Shown piece by piece: positions 16,271 through 21,524 of a DNA stretch of 42,559 nt. Position 1 is the stretch's first letter; every line of letters begins with the position of its first letter. The position numbers were made by a program, and so were the translations under genes. Origin of the DNA: Acidobacteriota bacterium (GTDB taxonomy: Bacteria; Acidobacteriota; Polarisedimenticolia; Gp22-AA2); assembly GCA_003223165.1 (NCBI GenBank), contig QHXZ01000026.1:18827-61385 (forward strand), read 5' to 3'. Below the pieces are notes generated by a model. It had not been told where the DNA came from and searched no databases. It saw nothing but the letters and a program-made list of their open reading frames with translations.

Positions 16271-16458
16271 AGCGCGACAATCGAGGGGCGGGCGGTGCAT
16301 CCCGCCGGCCATACGAGCCGCCGCTCCTGCGGCGCGTGCGGCTGGTGCCCGACGAGGCGGTCCTGGCGTCGTGCAAGAACAACGCGACGGCAGGCCCGGC
16401 CGGCCCGATCCAGAAGTGCGCCACGAACCCGGCGATCTGCTCGCACAGCGCCTCCTGA
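16267..16458 (+). CDS. Candidate RiPP precursor peptide (63 aa)
   Basis: Sequence: MKRDNRGAGGASRRPYEPPLLRRVRLVPDEAVLASCKNNATAGPAGPIQKCATNPAICSHSAS. It has a consensus SD, its ATG overlaps the rSAM stop (ATGA), and the kinase ATG starts 1 nt after its stop. By my hand count about 57 of 63 codons end in G/C, as in real genes here. The leader has Y16-x-x-P19-x-L21; the C-terminal part has Cys36, Cys51 and Cys58 and ends in Ser. Confidence 0.6.
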   Translation: MKRDNRGAGGASRRPYEPPLLRRVRLVPDEAVLASCKNNATAGPAGPIQKCATNPAICSHSAS

Positions 16459-16459
16459 C

Positions 16460-17407
16460 ATGGCCGCCTCGCTGATCCTCGAGGTCGCCCGCATCGGGCT
16501 GCGCATCGCGGCGCCCGACCCCGCCATCCGGCTGGTGGCCGAGCCGGCGCACAAGCCGTTCCTGGCGCACGACGCCGTGGGGGACTGCGCCTCCGTCCTG
16601 ATCGGGCCGGCCTCCGGGCGCACGGCGCGCCGCGCCCCGGGCAAGACGCTGTTCGAGACCGGATCGGTCTGGCGTCTGGAGGAGCTGGGCGAGAACCATC
16701 TCCTGACCTTCCGCTCGCCGATCTTCGGCAAGGAGCCGTACCTGTCGGTCGAGTTCGACCGCGACTACAGCCGCGGCCAGGGAGAGACCCTCGATGGGGG
16801 GCCGATTCTCGCCGCGGGCGAGCTGCATCCTTTCGTCTACCCGTTCGACGAGGTGGTCTTCCTGGCGCGCCTGTCGCGCGGCCGCGGCGTCCTGGTGCAC
16901 GCCTGCGGCGTGTCCTTCGAGGGGCGCGGCCTGCTCTTCCTCGGGACGTCCGGCGCCGGCAAGAGCACCATGGCGCGCCTGTGGAAGGAGCGGCAGGGGG
17001 TGACGATCCTCTCGGACGATCGGATCGTCATCCGCGCCGACGGGGGCGGCTACCGGATCTTCGGCACCCCGTGGCACGGCGAAGCCGGATGGGAAGCGCC
17101 CGCCTCGGCGCCCCTGGCGGGGGCCTTCATCCTCGACCAGGCGCCGCGCAACGCGGTCGTCGACCTGTCCCCCTCCGCGGCGGTGGCCCAGATGATGGTG
17201 CGTGCCTTCCCTTCGATGTGGGACCAGGAAGGGCTCGAGTTCGCGGTCCGTTTCCTCGCCGACCTGGCGGATCGCGTCCCCGTGCGTCTGCTGAAGTTCC
17301 TCCCGGAACCCACCGCGATCGATCGCGCCCTGGCGGCGCTTCCCCATCGCGGCGGGAGCGTCGGCCCGGATGAATCCGCATACGACGGCACGGAGGAACC
17401 GCGATGA
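16460..17407 (+). CDS. HPr-kinase-related P-loop kinase (HprK C-terminal-domain-like)
   Basis: In-frame part of track ORF 16295..17407, starting MAASLILEVARIG. The core VLVHACGVSFEGRGLLFLGTSGAGKSTMARLW...ILSDDRIVI...IFGTPWHGE resembles the HprK/P catalytic domain and the stand-alone HprK-related kinases of RiPP clusters. Confidence 0.8.
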   Translation: MAASLILEVARIGLRIAAPDPAIRLVAEPAHKPFLAHDAVGDCASVLIGPASGRTARRAPGKTLFETGSVWRLEELGENHLLTFRSPIFGKEPYLSVEFDRDYSRGQGETLDGGPILAAGELHPFVYPFDEVVFLARLSRGRGVLVHACGVSFEGRGLLFLGTSGAGKSTMARLWKERQGVTILSDDRIVIRADGGGYRIFGTPWHGEAGWEAPASAPLAGAFILDQAPRNAVVDLSPSAAVAQMMVRAFPSMWDQEGLEFAVRFLADLADRVPVRLLKFLPEPTAIDRALAALPHRGGSVGPDESAYDGTEEPR

Positions 17408-17841
17408 CTCAAATCCTGGTCGTGGACGACGAGCTGCCGATCCGCGAGGTGCTGATCGAGTTCCTGTCCGATCATGGCTACACGGCCCAGGGGGCCGAGG
17501 ACGGCCCGCAGGCGATCGCCCTGGTCCGCTCCCTCAAACCCCAAGTGATTCTGCTGGACATCGCCATGCCCGGCATGAACGGCATCGAGACGCTCAAGCG
17601 CCTGCGCGAGCAGGCGCCGGGCTCCGCCGTCATCATGATCAGCGGCCACGCCGACCACGAGATGGCCCTCCAGGCGCTCGACCTCGGAGCCTACGACTTC
17701 ATCCAGAAGCCGCTCGATCTCAAGTACCTCGAGCGCACCCTGCTCGCCAAGATCGTGACCCTGGAGCCGGCCGCGGGGCGCGATGCCCAGGAGGAGAGCC
17801 GCAATGCGTCCCACGGCAGCACAGGCCGGCGCGCCCGGTAG
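17404..17841 (+). CDS. Single-domain response regulator (CheY-like receiver)
   Basis: 145 aa with ILVVDDE, LLDIAMPGMNG (phospho-acceptor Asp), ISGHAD and FIQKP (conserved Lys). ATGA overlap with the kinase gene. Confidence 0.9.
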   Translation: MTQILVVDDELPIREVLIEFLSDHGYTAQGAEDGPQAIALVRSLKPQVILLDIAMPGMNGIETLKRLREQAPGSAVIMISGHADHEMALQALDLGAYDFIQKPLDLKYLERTLLAKIVTLEPAAGRDAQEESRNASHGSTGRRAR

Positions 17842-20155
17842 CCAGGCCGCCGCGCCGGCCCTGCCGGCCCTCCTGGCCGACCGCCAGGGCGTGGTCTTCG
17901 TCGCCACCGCCCGCGGCGTGGAGAGCCTGCGGGTGCCGCGGCGCTACTGGGGCACGCAGGTCGGCGTCGTGCCAATCCCCGCGAGCGACGAGGAGATCCG
18001 GGCGGCCGAGCTGGGGCCGCCCCCGGACGCCGGCACCTGGCCCCAGGTCGTGTCCCGCCCCGACCTGCTGGCGCCGGCCCTGTCGCGCCTGGTCTCCGGC
18101 GAGCACGTCGAGCTGAGCCTGCAGCCCGGACGCGACGGGCTCAAGGCCTCGCTCCTGACGGCCCACGGTGACGAGCAGCCTTTCCCGATCGCCCCCAAGG
18201 ACGCGCTGGGCTTCCTGGCGGCGGTCTTCCAGCACGCGCCGCGCGGCGTGGTGACCACCGGCCTCCAGAAGCCGCCGCGCGTGCTGCTGAGCGTGCGCCC
18301 CGCCGTGCGTCGCCACGAGTACCGCCTGCGGCTGGCCGGGGTGGTGGCCGTCGGGCCGCCCTCGACCCTCTCCGACATCGGGCTCTCCCCCGCCGTGCTG
18401 GAGATGGCCCTGGAAAGCCTCGATCGCCTTGCCGGCATCATGCTGGTGTCCGGCGCACCGACATCGGGGCGCAGCACCACGCTCGAGCTGATGGCGGCGG
18501 CCCTCGTGGCGCGCGGGCGCAGGGGCGGGCGGATCGGCGCCCGGCGCCCTGCCTCGAAGGTGGACCTGACGTGGCTGGCCGACGCGGTCCCCGACTGGCC
18601 GTTCCCCGAGAGCCTGCGCGCGGCGGGATCCGACTTCGTGCTGATCGAGACCCTGGAGGGACCTGGCGATCTCGTCCTTGCGGCGCGCCTTGCCGCCAGC
18701 GGCTGCCTGGTCCTGGCCGGGGCGCCGGCGGCGGAGCCCGAGGCGCTGGCCCGCACCGTGGAGCGCGATCTCGAGGCCGGATCGGCGCCGGCCGTCCCGG
18801 TCGTGGTCCTCAGCCAGGCCCTGGTGCGCACCGTCTGCCGCGGCTGCCTGACCTGGCGCACCATCCCCGCCGAAGAGGCGCGCCGCCACCGCTTCCACCG
18901 GCGGGACGTCGAGGAGATGGAGCGGCGCGGCGGCCTGGCCGTGCCGGTCGGAGGGGGTTGCGGCGACTGCGCCGGCACCGGGGCGCTCGGCCTCACCGGC
19001 GTCTTCGAGCAGGTCGGCCCCGACGCCGGCGCCGGCACCCTGCCGCGCCTGCGCGAGGACGGATGGCGCAAGGCATTGCAGGGGATCGCCTGCCTCGACG
19101 ACGTCGCGACCCTGCCTGGAGCGCAGCGGAGCCTGCGCACTCTGCGCGAGATCATGGTGCACGCCGGCCTTGGCCCGGCGGGGATCGAGCTCCCCTCCCT
19201 GGACGAGCGGCGCCGCGCGCCGGCCACAGGGCCGGCGGCGCCGCCCGCCACCCGCGCCTCCCCGCCCGCCGCGCGACGCGAGACCCCGGCCGCCACGCCC
19301 GCCGCCCCGGAAGCCGACCTGCTGGCGCGCCTGCTGCGCGAGGCGGGCGCAGGGACGAAGGTCGACCCACAGGCCCTGCCGCGGCTGGCCGCGACCCTGG
19401 CGGAGCGCGGCGCCGGCCAGGCGTCGCTGCAAGGATCCCTGGCCATCGCCAGGGGGTTCCGCCTCGCCGCGCATGCCGTCAATTCCGCCCTGATCGCGGC
19501 ACGCATCGCATCCTGCCTCGGCTCGGACGTCGATGCTGCGGGGATCGCCCTGCTGGCGCTGGTTCACGACGCGGGGCTCCTCGACGCCGGCGTCGACCCC
19601 GACGCCGACCTCCCCGCGGTCCTTTCGGAGGAGGTCCTCGACCCGAAGGAGGCGCGCCTGGCCCCTTCCGCCGCCCTGCGCCGCCTGGGTCTCGTCGACA
19701 CGGGGCTCGACGGTCTCGTCGGACAGGTGCACGCGCTCCTGCGCTTCGATCCACCCGCGGCCGCCGAACGGGCGCGCGCCGACCTGCGGGCGCAGGTCGT
19801 GGCGCTGGCCAGCCTGGTGGACCTGCACTTCCAGGCCCAGGCGGTCATGGAGCAGCACGGCCGCCGCTTCAACCCTTCGCTGTTCCGCGCCCTGCTGCGT
19901 GCCATTCCGATCTTCCCGATCGGGGCTCTGGTCGAGCTGAGCAGCGGCGATCTGGCGCGCATCGTCTCGCTCAACGAGGACAACCACTTCCGGCCGCGGG
20001 TCGAGATCGCGGCCGCGACCGGCGCCGAGGGGCTGGCGGAGCGGCGCGTTGTGGATCTGGCCCGCGCCCCCTTCCTGCACATCCGCCAGCGCGTCAGCGG
20101 GCTGGTCCCCGGGGCGGTCCCCGCCGCCGCGCCGGCACGGGGAGGCGCGCGGTGA
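17804..20155 (+). CDS. GspE/PilB-family (T2SS/T4P ATPase-like) protein with degenerate catalytic motifs, Pro/Ala-rich linker and a C-terminal degenerate HD-GYP-like domain
   Basis: Track ORF 17783..20155. The start is uncertain: ATG 17783, ATG 17804 or GTG 17891. GspE-like segments: GIMLVSGAPTSGRSTTLELM (Walker A with K replaced by R), SDFVLIETLEGPGD (in place of PDxIxVGEIRD), SGCLVLAGAPA (in place of TGHLVxSTLHT), and the retained tetracysteine VCRGC...CGDCAGTG. The C-terminus has HAVNSA...LALVHDAGLL and the typical tail IFPIGALVELSSGDLARIV, but no HHExxDGxGYP. Confidence 0.75.
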   Translation: MRPTAAQAGAPGSQAAAPALPALLADRQGVVFVATARGVESLRVPRRYWGTQVGVVPIPASDEEIRAAELGPPPDAGTWPQVVSRPDLLAPALSRLVSGEHVELSLQPGRDGLKASLLTAHGDEQPFPIAPKDALGFLAAVFQHAPRGVVTTGLQKPPRVLLSVRPAVRRHEYRLRLAGVVAVGPPSTLSDIGLSPAVLEMALESLDRLAGIMLVSGAPTSGRSTTLELMAAALVARGRRGGRIGARRPASKVDLTWLADAVPDWPFPESLRAAGSDFVLIETLEGPGDLVLAARLAASGCLVLAGAPAAEPEALARTVERDLEAGSAPAVPVVVLSQALVRTVCRGCLTWRTIPAEEARRHRFHRRDVEEMERRGGLAVPVGGGCGDCAGTGALGLTGVFEQVGPDAGAGTLPRLREDGWRKALQGIACLDDVATLPGAQRSLRTLREIMVHAGLGPAGIELPSLDERRRAPATGPAAPPATRASPPAARRETPAATPAAPEADLLARLLREAGAGTKVDPQALPRLAATLAERGAGQASLQGSLAIARGFRLAAHAVNSALIAARIASCLGSDVDAAGIALLALVHDAGLLDAGVDPDADLPAVLSEEVLDPKEARLAPSAALRRLGLVDTGLDGLVGQVHALLRFDPPAAAERARADLRAQVVALASLVDLHFQAQAVMEQHGRRFNPSLFRALLRAIPIFPIGALVELSSGDLARIVSLNEDNHFRPRVEIAAATGAEGLAERRVVDLARAPFLHIRQRVSGLVPGAVPAAAPARGGAR

Positions 20156-20803
20156 GCGCCGCGCGGGTCGCGGCCGACGAGACGATCGAGCGTGAGGCCG
20201 CCCCGGTGCTCGAGGCGCTGCTCGAGGAGGGGCACCTCGCCTCCGTCCCGGTGCGCGGCGCGAGCATGCGGCCGGCGCTCCTGGACGGGGACCTGGCGCT
20301 GGTCTCCCCCTTCCTGGGGCTGCCCGTCCCCGGACAGATCGTCCTGGCGCGGCAGGCGGGGAAGCTGGTGGCGCACCGCCTGGTCGGCGTCGAGATGCGC
20401 GCGGGCCGGCGCCTCTATCGCCTCCAGGGCGACGCCGAGCCGGCGCCCGATCCCGGCCTGCTGCGCGAAGATCTCCTCGGGCGCGTCGGCGCGGTCATCC
20501 GCCAGGGCCGCCGCCTGCCGCTCGAGGACGGCCCTGTCACCCTCGTCCGGCTGCGCCTGCTTCGCGCGCTCCGGAGGCGCGGCGCGCTCCTGCTCGCGGC
20601 GGCCCTGCTGCTGGCGGCGGCGCTCGGCTTCGCGCGCTTCGCGGCGGCCGACCAGGAGGCGACCGTGGCGCCCTCCCTCGATTACCGCTTCGCGGCGGGC
20701 GACGTGCTCAGCCTGCGCATCTGGAACGGCGAGCGGATCGACGAGCAGAAGCTGACGGTGCAGAGCGACGGCGAGGCCTTCCTGCCGATCATGGGGATCG
20801 GCG
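20152..20803 (+). CDS. S24/S26-family Ser-His type peptidase domain, followed in frame by a signal-peptide/TM-like segment and the N-terminal part of a Poly_export (Wza/OPX) domain
   Basis: Tail of track ORF 18571..21069, with a GTG start overlapping the previous stop (GTGA). Peptidase motifs: VPVRGASMRPALLDGDLALV (GxSMxP), KLVAHRLVG (His where P-type SPases have Lys, as in SipW/Sec11-type) and LQGDAEPAPD. Then comes RRRGALLLAAALLLAAALGFARFAAA, then Poly_export-like LDYRFAAGDVLSLRIWNGE...VQSDGEAFLPIMGIG. Beyond ~20803 this frame turns into G/A/P/R-rich nonsense up to its stop at 21069. Confidence 0.6.
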
Positions 20804-21523
20804 CTCGTCGAGGTCAAGCAGGCGCTGGAGCAGAAGCTCAAGGGTATCTACAAGGAGACCCACGTGGAGCTCCTGGTGACCAAGTTCGGCGGCCACCTGG
20901 TGCACCTCATGGGGGAGGTGCGCACCACCGCGCGCACCGACAGCGGCCCCGGCGAGTGGGCCCTGCGCGGCCCCACGCGCCTGGTGGGCTTCCTGTCGGA
21001 CCACGGCGGGCCGGGAACGGACGCCGACCTGATGCGCATCCTGCTGGTCCGGCCGGGCCAGAGGCGTGAGGTGAACCTGTTCCGGGCCGTCTTCCAGGGC
21101 GCGGAGGAGGACGATCCCTGGCTGGAGTCGGGCGATCTCGTCTTCGTCCCGTCGCAATCGATGGGCAACCGCAAGGTCTTCGTGCTCGGCGAGGTCAATA
21201 CGCCCGGAGTCATCAACATCCTCGACAAGATGGGGCTCGTGGAGGCGATCGCGCGCGCCGGCGGCTTCACGCAAAGGGGTTACATGAAGGGCGTCGTGGT
21301 GCTCAAGCGCGGCGTGGACGGCCAGGCCGAGATGCGGGTGGCCAACTTCAAGCAGATGGTCAAGGAGGGGGACCTGAGCGCCGACGTCCCGCTGCAGCCG
21401 GGCGACATCGTCTTCGTGCCGCGCCGCGCCATCGCCACCCTGCAGGAGCTCTTCTCCATCATCAACCCGGCCCTCGGGATCATCGAGTCGATCTACATCA
21501 TCGACAATTTCAGAAAGCAGTGA
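20804..21523 (+). pseudogene. Remainder of the Wza-like outer-membrane polysaccharide export (OPX) protein, in the +1 frame relative to its N-terminal part (frameshifted gene or sequence error)
   Basis: Track ORF 20864..21523 begins at a GTG, but this frame already reads LVEVKQALEQKLKGIYKETHVELLVTKFGGHLVHLMGEV from ~20804. That is the expected continuation of Poly_export. SLBB-like segments follow: VFVLGEVNTPGVINI, LVEAIARAGGFT, GDIVFVP. This frame has a TGA at 20753..20755. Confidence 0.75.
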
Positions 21524-21524
21524 G

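Noticed and set aside
14646-16458. PqqD + radical SAM + small peptide interpreted as a PQQ (pqqADE) or mycofactocin (mftABC) operon.
   Set aside because: The peptide lacks the PqqA E-x3-Y core and the MftA C-terminal GVY. No pqqB/pqqC or mftD/E/F genes are present. The gene order and the kinase/NTase partners do not fit either pathway.
19170-19330. Highly repetitive GC-rich stretch encoding APATGPAAPPATRASPPAARRETPAATPAAPEA.
   Set aside because: I interpret it as a Pro/Ala-rich interdomain linker of the GspE-like/HD-GYP protein, not as a DNA-level repeat element. No exact tandem unit could be discerned by eye.
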